A stretch of 41,793 bases of DNA from a bacterium (GCA_040390065.1 JAZJZE010000008.1:1-41793), one strand, 5' to 3'. Shown: positions 18,333-27,708, numbered from the stretch's first letter. Made by a program: numbers and translations. The notes: generated from the letters alone by a model not told the origin.

Positions 18333-19196
18333 TCACTCCCGCAATCCCCGCAGCCACGCAATCTCCTTCCTCCACGACTCCGGCCCATCCGGCGTCTCGA
18401 GGATACCGAGTTTGCCATCAAACCGCCTGTCGTTGACGAGCGTGTGCCAGAACTCCTTCCCCATGTGTCCTTCGCCGATGGTGTCGTGGCGGTCGAGGCG
18501 GCTGGCGTGCGGTTGCTTCGAGTCGTTGAGGTGGAAGGCGACGAGGTTGTCGATGCCGACGCAGTCGTCGAATTGCTCCCAGACGGCGTCGTAGTCCTCG
18601 GCCCAGTCGTAGCCGGCGCCCCAGGCGTGCTGCGTGTCCACGGTGACGGCGACGCGGTCCTTCCCTTCGGCCTTGTCGACGAGGTAGCCGACTTCCTCCC
18701 AACTGCTGCCGACGTTGGTGCCCTGGCCAGCGGCGTTCTCGATGACGAGTTTCACCTTGGCGCCTTTCGTGTCGGCGATGCATTGCCGCATGCACTCGGC
18801 GATGAGGTCCAAGGCCGCCGTGCGCACGATGGGGTCGTCGCGCTTCTTGGCATCCGGATGCATGTGGCTGCCCGGGTGGAAGTTGAGGTACGGGATGCCG
18901 AGCTGCTCCGTGCGGCGCAGTTCGTCGAGGAACGCGGCCCGGGCGGCGGAGCGTTTGCCCTTGTCCGGGTTGCCCATGTTGATGAGGTACGAGTCGTGCA
19001 CCATGACGGGGCCCAGCTTGGATGCCGCGAGGGCGTCCTTCCAGGCCTTGATCTCCTCTGGCTCCAGCGGTTTGGCGGTCCATTGCCTCTGGTTCTTGCA
19101 GAAGATCTGCATGCCGTCCGCGCCGATGGACTGAGCCTCCGCGACGGCGTTGTGCAGGCCACCTGCGATGGAGTTGTGGGCGCCGAGCTTCAGCAC
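18333..19196 (-). CDS. nfo: Endonuclease IV
   Basis: LGAH.SIAGG, QIF.KNQRQW, HDSYLIN, FHPGS, IENAAGQG, DTQH, HLNDSK..DRH..IGEG, ILETP. Confidence 0.95.
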   Translation of the reverse strand: MLKLGAHNSIAGGLHNAVAEAQSIGADGMQIFCKNQRQWTAKPLEPEEIKAWKDALAASKLGPVMVHDSYLINMGNPDKGKRSAARAAFLDELRRTEQLGIPYLNFHPGSHMHPDAKKRDDPIVRTAALDLIAECMRQCIADTKGAKVKLVIENAAGQGTNVGSSWEEVGYLVDKAEGKDRVAVTVDTQHAWGAGYDWAEDYDAVWEQFDDCVGIDNLVAFHLNDSKQPHASRLDRHDTIGEGHMGKEFWHTLVNDRRFDGKLGILETPDGPESWRKEIAWLRGLRE

Positions 19197-19273
19197 GACC
19201 GGGCGAGCGGGCCACTCCGCTTGACCTTTTGCCGCCCGCAATCCCTTTGGCCGCAGAGCCATTGGCGCCTCCG

Positions 19274-20338
19274 ATGAAGGGGGAACTCGTCCACATGACC
19301 CTCTTCGATGTCGGTGCCGAAGTGGACTTGTCCCGCATCGAGCGCCTCCTTGGCCGGCCCACGCAGCCGGCGCCGCTCGTCTCCCGTTCCCAGGCACCGC
19401 AGTACGCGCCATTCCCGCTGCCCAAGGAGGTGCGCTTCGCCGAGCCTGACGCGCCGCCGGGCACCCAAGTGGAGGTCCGCCTGCACCGCGTGGGCGTCGT
19501 CGCGGTGCGCATCCGCATCCCGGCCGAGGCCGCCACTCTGCACGATTGGCAGGACCTGCGCGGCAAGTTGCAGATTCGCGGTCAAGGCCTGCGAGCCGCG
19601 GCCGCGCGCTGGTACGATGAACTGCAGGCCGACATCCGCCCCGCCGTCATCGAACCGTATCCGGGCCTCGTCGAACCCGAGACGTACACCGTCTTCTGCA
19701 TCACGGACCCCGTCGCAGACGAACTTCTTGGCCGCAACCGGGAAGGCGTCGCCGCACTGATCGCCGGCGAGGTGCCTGGCTCCATCGTTCCAGCCGTCGT
19801 CGACTCCGCCTTGAAGCACACGGTGCGCTACTACCGCGACGACGCCGTCGTCATCGGCTGGGACAACGCCCTCGTCGTGGCACAGCCCGGCGGCTACGAA
19901 GACGTCCTCGACGTGATGGAGCTCGCGAACTTGCAACTCCTGGAATTCCGCACGTACGACGCGTACCTCGACGACCGACTCGACGCATCGTTTGCCGCCC
20001 TCGACCGGCTCTGGGCTCCCGGCGGCTTGTTCCGCAGCGCCCGCGCTGCCTTGCAGGACATCTCGGAGCTGCGCGTCGACTTCGCGCGCCTGACGGACAA
20101 CCTGCATGACACGGGGAAGCTCTTCGGCGAATGGTACGTCGCGAAGCTGCACCAGAACCTGCGCGACTCGTTCCACCTGGCCAGTTGGGAGCGCGCCGTG
20201 GCGGGCAAGATGCAGACACTGGAGGACATGTTCCAGCTCGCCGAGGAGGAAGCCAACCACCGCCGCAGCTTGTGGCTCGAAGTCGCAGTCGTCGTCCTGT
20301 TCGTGCTGGACTTGGTGCTCATCTGGGAGTTGCGATGA
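19274..20338 (+). CDS. RMD1/DUF155-like protein with a C-terminal TM helix
   Basis: FDVG.E.DL, Y..DD.VVI.WD.A, LANLQLLEFR.YD, C-terminal LEVAVVVLF. Confidence 0.7.
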   Translation: MKGELVHMTLFDVGAEVDLSRIERLLGRPTQPAPLVSRSQAPQYAPFPLPKEVRFAEPDAPPGTQVEVRLHRVGVVAVRIRIPAEAATLHDWQDLRGKLQIRGQGLRAAAARWYDELQADIRPAVIEPYPGLVEPETYTVFCITDPVADELLGRNREGVAALIAGEVPGSIVPAVVDSALKHTVRYYRDDAVVIGWDNALVVAQPGGYEDVLDVMELANLQLLEFRTYDAYLDDRLDASFAALDRLWAPGGLFRSARAALQDISELRVDFARLTDNLHDTGKLFGEWYVAKLHQNLRDSFHLASWERAVAGKMQTLEDMFQLAEEEANHRRSLWLEVAVVVLFVLDLVLIWELR

Positions 20339-20428
20339 TGACGGGGTCCGGGCCCGGCTGTTCGATGGGGCCGCGACGCTGAACGGATGCCCCTGCTTGC
20401 ACGGCCTCCGACGAGCTGCTCGACGAAT

Positions 20429-20513
20429 GGGCGGCCTCGGAGAACCGGAAACGACCGGAGAACAGGAGCTGTTCCCGTTCTCCCCAATTGGTTCCTGTTC
20501 TCCCGGGCCGCCC
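20429..20513. repeat. Palindromic repeat family A, copy 3 (inverted)
   Basis: Reverse complement reads GGGCGGCCCGGGAGAACAGGAA...CCTGTTCTCCGGTCGTTTCCGGTTCTCCGAGGCCGCCC. Confidence 0.85.
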
Positions 20514-20568
20514 ACGCGAGCCGGGGCCTGCAGGTAACCTGGGCGAATTATCTGCGGAACACCTCCGC

Positions 20569-20743
20569 ATCGGCGGTATCGGCGTCATCGGTGGTTTCGT
20601 CGACGCCGGAGCCAGCCACGCGGCCACCTCATGGAGGCCGCCGCTGTCGGAGATTGCGGTGGCCGCTTGATGGCCTAGCCCCGACCAACGGATGCCGCGC
20701 ACCACGCGCTTCCCAAACGACCGATATCACCAATGAAGCCGAT
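20569..20743. repeat. Pair of 9-nt-periodic ATCGG/CCGAT arms about 115 nt apart
   Basis: ATCGGCGGTATCGGCGTCATCGGTGGTTT (20569-20597) and AAACGACCGATATCACCAATGAAGCCGAT (20715-20743). Confidence 0.65.
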
Positions 20744-20755
20744 GGACGCATCCCC

Positions 20756-21130
20756 TTAGGCGCGGCCCTTGCCGATGTCCAGGAAGTCGCGCCACTTGCG
20801 TTCCCGGAACCCCGCCAATGCGCCCTTTGGGGTCAGGAGCAACGGCACGCGGATCATGTCCGCGTTGTGCGTGAGGATGGCTTCCAACTCCGATTCTCCC
20901 ATGTCCTCGGCGCCGCGCGGCAGCAACTCGCCGTAGCGCACATGGCGTGCGTCCACGGCTGGCCAGATGGCGCCGCCGAGGCCCTTGCGGATGGCATCCC
21001 ACTCCGTCCCTTTCGGCGGCGAGGCCATGACATCCCGCACCTGGTCGGCCCCGTACTTGTTTGCTCGCATGAAGCGCTGCGCCTCCCCACATTCGGCGTC
21101 GCCCGTGCGGACCCATAGTGTGACGGGCAT
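20756..21130 (-). CDS. ArsC/Spx/MgsR-family protein
   Basis: C.EAQRFM, PP...E, MIRVPLL, GF.E..W. Confidence 0.7.
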   Translation of the reverse strand: MPVTLWVRTGDAECGEAQRFMRANKYGADQVRDVMASPPKGTEWDAIRKGLGGAIWPAVDARHVRYGELLPRGAEDMGESELEAILTHNADMIRVPLLLTPKGALAGFRERKWRDFLDIGKGRA

Positions 21131-21131
21131 G

Positions 21132-21827
21132 CTAGTCATCCTCGGAATCCGGCGGCGTGGCAACCTTGCGGTGCGACGGCACCTCCGGGTTGTGCTGGTA
21201 CTCCGGCACGTACTCCTGCCCCGACAGGCCCTGGATGGCCAGCATGATCTCGTCCGTCACGCGCCGGCAGACCTCCTTGTCGTCCTGCTTGCCCCAGTCG
21301 GCGGAGAAGTCCAACGGAGCGCCGACGACGGCCGCCGTCCGCGAGAACAACTTGAGTTTCCCGCCCTTCGGTTTCGCCTCGTAGGTGCCCTTCATGGCCA
21401 CCGGGATGACGGGGACGCGAAGCTCGAGGGCAAGGCGGGCGACTCCGGTGTGGCCCTTGTGCAGCTTACCGTCCCGGCTGCGCGTGCCTTCCGGATAGAT
21501 GCAGAACAGGTTGCCCTCGCGGATGGCCTGCTTCGCCGCCTCGATCGCGCCCTGGTCGCCGGAACCGCGTTGCAGCTTGATGATGCCCCACTGCCGGAAG
21601 AACCACGCCTTCACGGGCTTGGAGAAGTGTTCAGCCTTGCTGATGTTGATGATGGTGCGCCGCGTCGCCATGGGCAACACGACGTGGTCCAGCGCCGACA
21701 AGTGGTTCGAGGCCAGGATCGCGGCACCCTTCTTCGGGATGTGACGGCGGCCCTTCACCCTGACACGCAAGCCGAGGCGCACGACGGGGACGGCGATGGG
21801 CCGCATGACCTGCCACAGCCAAGTCAT
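21132..21827 (-). CDS. plsC: 1-acyl-sn-glycerol-3-phosphate acyltransferase (PlsC/LPLAT family)
   Basis: NHLSALD (HxxxxD), K.E.F, IYPEGTRS, VIPVAM. Confidence 0.9.
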   Translation of the reverse strand: MTWLWQVMRPIAVPVVRLGLRVRVKGRRHIPKKGAAILASNHLSALDHVVLPMATRRTIINISKAEHFSKPVKAWFFRQWGIIKLQRGSGDQGAIEAAKQAIREGNLFCIYPEGTRSRDGKLHKGHTGVARLALELRVPVIPVAMKGTYEAKPKGGKLKLFSRTAAVVGAPLDFSADWGKQDDKEVCRRVTDEIMLAIQGLSGQEYVPEYQHNPEVPSHRKVATPPDSEDD

Positions 21828-21910
21828 CGAGCGGTCCACCTCATGCCGGATTAAATATGGGCCCGTTGTGCGCGCACAAGCCGGCCCCAACAGATGGGCG
21901 TGGCGGCGTT

Positions 21911-21996
21911 GCCGAGGTCGTCTAACCTGGTAGGGCGCAAGCCTGGAAAGCTTGTGGGTCGAAAGGCCCTTGAGAGTTCAAATCTCTCCCTCGGCG
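21911..21996 (+). tRNA. tRNA-Ser(GGA)
   Basis: GCCGAGG/CCTCGGC acceptor stem, CAAGC-CT-GGA-AA-GCTTG anticodon arm, long variable arm, GTTCAAATC T loop; CCA not encoded. Confidence 0.95.
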
Positions 21997-22230
21997 TTGA
22001 AAGGTCTCGCGGCAGGCCCGCGAAGCGGGCATCTGCCGGCGAATGCTTTCAACGCCGCCGAGGCCGAAGGCCGAGGAATGCCCGCGACCGACGAAGGCTT
22101 TCGCGCGATGCGCAGCGAGCGCGAATGCTTTCAGCGCGTCATGGGCTCGGCGGGCGGGGTCGGCGCCCCCGGCCCGCCTGCGTGGCTTCCCCCACCTTGC
22201 GGGATTGCCCGGGCGCGTACATTGCCGCGG

Positions 22231-23217
22231 CTACTGTGCGAGGCGCCGGGAGATTGCGCGCAAGCCGCGTTGCCCTTCGATGGCAACGACGACCGCGATG
22301 GCGATGCCACCGGCGGTGGCGATGCCGAACAGGACCGGCTCGAACGGGGCTCCCGCCGCGAAGCCGTAGAAGTCGATGAGGACATGCAGCGCGATGGCGG
22401 TCCAGATGCCCCATAGTTCGACGACGACGCCGGCCGTCAGGGCGAACAGGATGGCATAAAGCATCGTCCTGGTGTCGCCGTACCCCGCGTGGGCGTAGGC
22501 GAAGACCACAGACTGGACGGCGATGGCCGTGCCGGCCGACATCCACCACCGCGTCGTGGTTCGACTGGTTCCAGCCACAAGGTGCTTGAGTGACTGCTGG
22601 ACGACTCCTCGGTACAGGAGCTCCTCCATGAAGCCGGCGGCAACGGCGAGGAGGACGGCGTGGTACGCCGTGATCTGGGTGAAGAAGCTGGTGTGGCGGC
22701 CCGTGACGGCGTCGAGCATGATGTTGACGCCGGCGAGAAGGGGAAAAGCCGCCACCCCAAGACGCATCGAGGCCAGCTCGCCGCGGCCCATGGGAAGAAA
22801 TCCGGACATGCCGTTCGCCATGCCGCGTGTCGTCGGACGCCGCCACCAGCCCGGCTTGGCCCCTTGCAGCCAGACGAGGGCTCCGACGGCGATGGTTCCG
22901 AGCCACATGAGGTGCCCGATGAATTGCCGCGACAGGGTGACGGTGGCCGCAGGCCCTGGGGCGCCGGGCAGGATGGACCCGACATCCCCCGCGACGCACC
23001 AGGTCTTCACCATGTCCGGCAGGACCTGCAGGATGACCTGCCAGGCCGGAATCCACATGATGGCGATGCCGACGGCCGTCCAGCCGTTGCCGCGTCGGCC
23101 GAGAAAACGGGACGAAGACCACAACGCCACTGCAATGGTCGCCGACAGAACCCAGGAGGCGGCGACGACTTCGAGGCCATTGGGGACGAAGACCTGCTCG
23201 ACGCGGCACAGGGCCAT
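22231..23217 (-). CDS. CPBP (CAAX/Abi) family intramembrane metalloprotease
   Basis: EELLYRG, FAYAH and ALH...D motifs in a multi-TM ORF. Confidence 0.85.
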   Translation of the reverse strand: MALCRVEQVFVPNGLEVVAASWVLSATIAVALWSSSRFLGRRGNGWTAVGIAIMWIPAWQVILQVLPDMVKTWCVAGDVGSILPGAPGPAATVTLSRQFIGHLMWLGTIAVGALVWLQGAKPGWWRRPTTRGMANGMSGFLPMGRGELASMRLGVAAFPLLAGVNIMLDAVTGRHTSFFTQITAYHAVLLAVAAGFMEELLYRGVVQQSLKHLVAGTSRTTTRWWMSAGTAIAVQSVVFAYAHAGYGDTRTMLYAILFALTAGVVVELWGIWTAIALHVLIDFYGFAAGAPFEPVLFGIATAGGIAIAVVVAIEGQRGLRAISRRLAQ

Positions 23218-23221
23218 GCCG

Positions 23222-24235
23222 TCACGCTTCGGGCACGATGGTCGCCTTGGCGCCCGATTTCTTCCACGTGCGCGGATAGGTGCCCTTGCGCATGACGATG
23301 CGCGACGGCGTGGCGGCGATGCCCTTCTCTTCCGAGATGGCGTTCTGGCTCGTCATCTTCGCTTCACCGATGCCGACGAGTTCGCCCTTCAGGCTCAGGA
23401 TGGCGACTTCCTCCCCGACCTCGATGCCTGCGTCGAGTTGGGCGACACCGATCGTGGCGAGGGGGGCGCCGTGGCAGACGGCGTCGACGGCAGAATCCCG
23501 CAACACGATGGCGTTCAGGTGCGCGGTGACGGCCTCCACGGGCTTCACGCACTTGCGCAGCAGGCGGTCGTCTTTGTCGTCGCGCCAGAAGATGCGGGCG
23601 TCCAAGCAGTCGTGAAGTGTCACGAGGTCGGCCTCCGTGAACAGCCCCGTACGGGTGCGGCGAAGCTCCTGCATGTGGCCCCGGGTCTCGAGCGCGCGCG
23701 CCATGTCGACGCAGAGGTTGCGGATGTACGTCCCCGCCTGGCAGCCGACGCGAAACAGCACGTCGCGGCCTTCGACCTCCAGCACGTCCAGGTAGTAGAC
23801 GCGGCGGATGCGCGGTCGCCGGGCGACGGCGGAGCGCACGGGTGGCGTCTGGTTGATCTTGCCTACGAAGCTGGCCGCGATGCGGCGGATGTCCGCCTCG
23901 TTGCGTTCCTCGTGCAGGCGCATGACCGAGACATACTCCTTGCCGGCCGAGAGAAGCGCCGAGACCGACTTCACGGCGCCGTTGATGGTGACCGGCAACG
24001 CGCCAGTGACCTTCGGGTCGAGTGTTCCGCCGTGGCCGACCTCCTCGACCTCGAGGACGTTGCGCAGCCATGCCGCGACCTGATGGCTCGTCGGGCCTGC
24101 CGGCTTGTCGAGGGGGACGACGCCCGCGGACATGATCTCCGCCATGCTGCGGTCCTGCGGCCGCTTGCCGTACTTGTCGTCGGTCGCGGCGGCCATGCGG
24201 ACAAGACGCTTCCTAGGCCTCTCCGCCGGCAGCAT
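23222..24235 (-). CDS. cbf5: H/ACA RNA-guided pseudouridine synthase Cbf5
   Basis: DKPAGPTSHQV, GHGGTLDPKVTG, Q.PPVRSAV.R, AGTYIR, PUA domain. Confidence 0.96.
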   Translation of the reverse strand: MLPAERPRKRLVRMAAATDDKYGKRPQDRSMAEIMSAGVVPLDKPAGPTSHQVAAWLRNVLEVEEVGHGGTLDPKVTGALPVTINGAVKSVSALLSAGKEYVSVMRLHEERNEADIRRIAASFVGKINQTPPVRSAVARRPRIRRVYYLDVLEVEGRDVLFRVGCQAGTYIRNLCVDMARALETRGHMQELRRTRTGLFTEADLVTLHDCLDARIFWRDDKDDRLLRKCVKPVEAVTAHLNAIVLRDSAVDAVCHGAPLATIGVAQLDAGIEVGEEVAILSLKGELVGIGEAKMTSQNAISEEKGIAATPSRIVMRKGTYPRTWKKSGAKATIVPEA

Positions 24236-24540
24236 CCCCGACCGGCGAGGCCCCGGCCCCGTTCGCACAGGCGTTGCGGGACTGCCAGTCTTCACGGGGT
24301 GCGCGACACCTTCGGCCCCTTCAAGGCTTGCGGGCCGCCAGCGTCCAGCGGAGCCGAGGCCGACCCCCCGGCTTCACTAGGAGAAACCCTCCCCTTGGCT
24401 TCAGGTGCAAGCCTCGCACTCCTGAAGAGGGCGTTTTGCGCATTTCAGAGTCGGTCAAGTACCTCCCGCGTTTGGCGCCGTCCGACGCGAAGGATTCACT
24501 CCCCTCTGCGATCCCGTCATCTCCCCCGGAGCATTCATCG

Positions 24541-26667
24541 ATGCAATCCATGCCGCCCACCTCCGTCCAGATGACCGTCCAGGACGCCCAACTCGCCGCC
24601 AAGTGGGACTCGTTCCTGCAGGACTACTGCAAGGCCCAGGTGCAGCAGGCCGCCCTAGACTATCCCGAAGTCCGCAGCCTCACCGTCGCGTTCAACGACG
24701 TGCAGTTGCGCGACCCCGACCTGGCCAACTACCTCTTGCTCAAGCCGAGCCACGTGCTGCGCATCGGTGCCAACACGTTGCACCAGGTGGACGTCACCGT
24801 CGAGCCGCGGCCCCGCCTGCACCTGCGCATCAAGCAGTTGCCCGAATCGCAGCGCACCCAGGTCCGCCACCTGCGCAGCGAACACTTGGGCCGACTCCTG
24901 GCCGTCGAAGGCCTGGTCAAGAAAATCACCGAGGTCCGTCCCACGGTCCTTGAAGCGGTCTTCGAGTGCAAGGTCTGCACGACGCGCATGCACGTCCTGC
25001 AGGAAGAAGAGCTGCTCCAGGAGCCGGTCCTTTGCGAGACCTGCGATGCGCAGCGGCCTTGGCGTCTCTTGGAGGAGGAGTCGCGGTACCTCGACCACCA
25101 GAAACTCGAGATCCAGGAAGCACCGGAGGGCCTCCGCGGTGGAGCGCAGCCGGAACGCCTCACCATCCACCTGCGCGACGACTTGGTGCACAGCGTGGCG
25201 CCTGGCGACCGCGTCCTCATCAACGGCATCCTCTCGACCGAGGCCCGCCGCACGGGCAGCCAGAAGAAGGTCGAGTTCAACAAGGTCCTGCAAGCCGTCA
25301 GCGTCGAGCTCCAGCAGCAGGAGTTCTCCGAGGTCCAGTACTCGGCGGAGGAAGAGGACCAGTTCCACAAGCTCGCCGAGGGCGGCAAGATCTACGATCG
25401 GCTGCGAGCCAGCTTCGCCCCCACAATCTACGAGCTCGACACCGAGAAGGACTCGCTCATCCTGTCGCTCTTCGGAGGCGTCGAGAAGACCTACAAGGAC
25501 GGGTCCCGGTCGCGCGGTGACATCCATGTCCTTCTGGTCGGCGACCCCGGGGTTGCCAAGTCCCAGCTCCTGCGCTACCTCTCCAAGCTCGCACCCCGTG
25601 CCATCTTCACGTCAGGCAAGGGAGCAAGTGCCGCCGGCTTGACCGCCGCTGCGGTGAAGGACGAATTCGGCGAAGGCCAGTGGACGCTGGAAGCTGGCGC
25701 CCTCGTCCTTGCCGACAAGGGCATCGCCTGCATCGACGAACTGGACAAGATGGAGAAGACCGACCAGTCAGCCATGCACCAGGCCATGGAGCAGCAGGAG
25801 ATCAGCATCGCAAAGGCCGGCATCTCGGCCACCCTGAAGTCGCGCTGCGCCGTCATCGGGGCCGCCAACCCCAAGATGGGGCGCTTCGACGAGTTCTCGC
25901 CCCTGTACGAACAGATCAACATGCCGCCGGCCCTGCTGTCGCGCTTCGACCTCATCTTCAGCCTCCTCGACAAGCCGAACCGCGACCGCGACATGCGCTT
26001 GTCCAACCACATCCTGAAGACGCACCAGGCGGGCGAAGTGCGAGAGCACCGCCACGCTCACCCCACGGGGGCGTACAGCCGCGACGACGAGGATGCCCTG
26101 ATGCAGCGCGTCGAGCCCGAATTGGAGGCCGAATTCCTGCGCAAGTACGTCGCGTACGCCAAGCGCAACATCTTCCCGGTCCTCACCGAAGATGCCCTGC
26201 AGCGCATCCAGTCCTACTACGTGGAACTGCGCGGCGCGGCGGCGGATGGCGCCATCCCGCTGACGGCAAGAAACCTCGAGGCTTTCGTGCGCATCGCTGA
26301 GGCAAGCGCCCGCATCCGGTTGAGCCAGGACGCCACCATCGAGGACGCGGAACGCAGCATCCGCATCGTGGAATCCTTCCTGCGCAGCGTCGGCGTCGAC
26401 CGCGAGACCGGGAAATTCGACATCGATGCCGTCACGACGGGCGTCACCCACAGCCAGCACGACCGCATGCGCGTCATCCTCGACATCGTGCGCAGCCTCG
26501 CCAAGGAATCCCCCAAGGGCTACACCGTGGAACAAGACGTGCTCGCGGAAGCAAGCCGCCAGGGCATCCCGCCCGATGCGGCTCGCAAGGCGCTTGAGAT
26601 GGCCATCCGCAACAATAGCATGTACGCAAAGGGCGGGACGGGAACCTTCGCGCCCCTTAGCGGGTAG
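24541..26667 (+). CDS. mcm: MCM replicative helicase
   Basis: C4 Zn finger, GDPGVAKS, IDELDKM, AMEQQ, SRFD; no intein; start at 24541, 24550 or 24571. Confidence 0.97.
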   Translation: MQSMPPTSVQMTVQDAQLAAKWDSFLQDYCKAQVQQAALDYPEVRSLTVAFNDVQLRDPDLANYLLLKPSHVLRIGANTLHQVDVTVEPRPRLHLRIKQLPESQRTQVRHLRSEHLGRLLAVEGLVKKITEVRPTVLEAVFECKVCTTRMHVLQEEELLQEPVLCETCDAQRPWRLLEEESRYLDHQKLEIQEAPEGLRGGAQPERLTIHLRDDLVHSVAPGDRVLINGILSTEARRTGSQKKVEFNKVLQAVSVELQQQEFSEVQYSAEEEDQFHKLAEGGKIYDRLRASFAPTIYELDTEKDSLILSLFGGVEKTYKDGSRSRGDIHVLLVGDPGVAKSQLLRYLSKLAPRAIFTSGKGASAAGLTAAAVKDEFGEGQWTLEAGALVLADKGIACIDELDKMEKTDQSAMHQAMEQQEISIAKAGISATLKSRCAVIGAANPKMGRFDEFSPLYEQINMPPALLSRFDLIFSLLDKPNRDRDMRLSNHILKTHQAGEVREHRHAHPTGAYSRDDEDALMQRVEPELEAEFLRKYVAYAKRNIFPVLTEDALQRIQSYYVELRGAAADGAIPLTARNLEAFVRIAEASARIRLSQDATIEDAERSIRIVESFLRSVGVDRETGKFDIDAVTTGVTHSQHDRMRVILDIVRSLAKESPKGYTVEQDVLAEASRQGIPPDAARKALEMAIRNNSMYAKGGTGTFAPLSG

Positions 26668-26683
26668 ATGAGGAGGACGGAGA

Positions 26684-26905
26684 ATGACACCAAACCTACC
26701 ACTTCCAACCACCAAGGAAATTGCGGATTCGTTGGCAGAACAGATTGCTGCACAGTTGCCTGCGACGTGGAGACTGGACTTGGCGGCGGTCGTCGGCGCA
26801 GCTCTCGCGCAGGAAATCGCCAAGAATCTCGACTACCGTGCGCTTGGGCAGGACATTGCGGCGCGTTTCCAGCCGCCCGAGATTCACAAGGGGGCTGGGT
26901 ACTGA
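26684..26905 (+). CDS. Hypothetical 73-aa helical protein
   Basis: Purine-rich SD (GAGGAGG..GGAG) upstream; TGATG overlap with the next ORF. Confidence 0.6.
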   Translation: MTPNLPLPTTKEIADSLAEQIAAQLPATWRLDLAAVVGAALAQEIAKNLDYRALGQDIAARFQPPEIHKGAGY

Positions 26906-27336
26906 TGCTCGATGGAAACGCAAGCATGGAACGCATCGAGCTTCTTGCCGCCAAGCGCATTGCCGATGCCTACCTCGCATCCATGCCCCAACTTGACGGC
27001 AAGGCCCTGTCGGGACGCATCGTTCAGGGAATCGTCAATCGCATGGGGGCCGAAAAGGACGGCGCGGCGGAGAAGTCGTTCTCGCAGAGAATTGTTGAAA
27101 CCGCCGCGGCCCAACTCGTGCGAGACCAGCGCGCTGAGGCGGCCGAGGAGGAGCGCGTGAAGATGCTGAGGGCCATCCGTAGCGCAACCGCGCCCCAGAT
27201 CTTGGTCGAACTCAAGACGCTGGCCGAAGCGGAGCGGGTAGGGGCAATCAAGGGCGCAAAGATTCCCCTGCTCAACAAGGCCTACCAGAAATACGGATCG
27301 TACGCCCTCGTTCTCCATGCAGTCGAGGCCATGTGA
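26905..27336 (+). CDS. Hypothetical 143-aa helical protein
   Basis: ATG 26905 overlaps the upstream stop; protein-like composition. Confidence 0.65.
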   Translation: MLDGNASMERIELLAAKRIADAYLASMPQLDGKALSGRIVQGIVNRMGAEKDGAAEKSFSQRIVETAAAQLVRDQRAEAAEEERVKMLRAIRSATAPQILVELKTLAEAERVGAIKGAKIPLLNKAYQKYGSYALVLHAVEAM

Positions 27337-27393
27337 TGGACGGTCCGGGCCTCTCCCCTGAGGCTATGTAGGGCCTGTTCGTCGGCGACGCCG

Positions 27394-27708
27394 TTGCCGG
27401 TGTCGCTGTTCGCTGTCAAGTCCTATCAGCAAGGCGTCCAGCGCCTTGTCGCGGCGTGCGACGAGGAGCTCCTCGGGACGCTGCACAGCGAAGGCAAGTT
27501 CAGGCTCGACGTGACCCCGAAATTCTACGATGGGGTGCGCGTCGATGGCGACACGTTGGTGTCGTACCTGCGTGGCTGCACCGTCGCGAACCTCGTGGGC
27601 AATCGCACCGTCGACCTCGCCATCGGGCTTGGGCTCGTCGACCCCGAGAACGTCCTTCGCATCGCGGGCGTGCCGCATGCCCAAGTCCTCGTGATGGGTC
27701 TGCCATGA
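27394..27708 (+). CDS. DUF424 family protein
   Basis: LVAACDEELLG, FYDG, ANLVG..V.LA, I.GVPHAQ. Confidence 0.9.
   Translation: MPVSLFAVKSYQQGVQRLVAACDEELLGTLHSEGKFRLDVTPKFYDGVRVDGDTLVSYLRGCTVANLVGNRTVDLAIGLGLVDPENVLRIAGVPHAQVLVMGLP

Noticed and set aside
8984-20743. CRISPR interpretation of the repeats
   Set aside because: No regularly spaced identical direct repeats with unique spacers, and no cas genes.
24240-24540. Possible replication origin between cbf5 and mcm
   Set aside because: No convincing repeated ORB boxes, no AT-rich unwinding element and no cdc6; only one hairpin (CTTCAGG..CCTGAAG).
24541-26667. Intein in MCM, or a virus-type MCM
   Set aside because: Normal length, contiguous motifs and housekeeping context.
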